A stretch of 64,000 nt of DNA from Lama guanicoe. Its lineage: Eukaryota. Every line of letters starts with the position of its first letter. Positions within the stretch are counted from its first letter, which is position 1. Below the pieces are notes generated by a model. It made no database searches and had not been told where the DNA came from. It saw only the letters and a program-made list of their open reading frames with translations. This document shows, in pieces, positions 63,592 through 64,000 of the stretch. Where the stretch lies: positions 1 through 64,000 of the forward strand of contig MU054323.1 of NCBI GenBank assembly GCA_013239625.1, in the 5' to 3' direction. The translations under genes were made by a program, and so were the position numbers.

Positions 63592-64000
63592 GTAATTTTT
63601 GCATATTAATAATTTCCTTTTGTATAAATTAGTAACTCTCATTCTTGGCATTTCCAGTTGTGAGATTTGAGTGCGTGTTTTTATTGTCAGTATCTGGAGG
63701 GTGGTATTGGCATTTGGTGCCCTGGAAACCAGGGATGCTAAACGTCATTTAGAGCATAAACACCGAGAGATTGTTCCTCCTAAAATACTGATGGTGCCAT
63801 CTTTGGGGAGACACTGGCACTCTGGAAACTGTATTTAGTTACTTTAATATTTTTCTTAAGCTGATAACTTTTTATGCAGAATATTAAAGGTAGATTCATA
63901 CATTGTTTTACAAGGTATTAAGGAAGGATTTTACAAATAATTGATGGAATAAAAACTCATGATGGTGAAAAATACTGCCTTCCACAGGGAAAAGAGGCAT

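Overview
Mammalian genomic DNA, most likely a camelid (several tRNA-derived SINEs with Vic-type head and tail), from a draft assembly with a 77-N gap at 1407-1483. The window holds the 5' ends of two divergently transcribed spliced genes. NBAS is on the minus strand: coding exons 1-9 from ATG 39510 down to 13214, continuing off the left edge. DDX1 is on the plus strand: coding exons 1-5 from ATG 58862 to 63591, continuing off the right edge. All 14 exons have GT donors, the internal exons have AG acceptors, and they splice in frame. Each gene has its own CpG-island promoter; the start codons are about 19.4 kb apart, separated by a transposon-dense spacer with nested LTR/L1 insertions and a consensus CTCF site. 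Introns and spacer contain L1, L2, MIR, MaLR/ERV LTRs and Tigger/hAT DNA-transposon relics. I found no convincing previously undescribed biological system, and almost all ORFs in the supplied track are non-coding noise. The best leads are two near-identical duplications (probably assembly artefacts), a perfect 42-bp palindrome, TISU/YY1 start contexts on both genes, first-intron G-run clusters, a one-directional substitution cluster in NBAS exon 8, and a speculative poison exon in NBAS. Protein and repeat-family identifications come from my recollection of known sequences, not from database searches.
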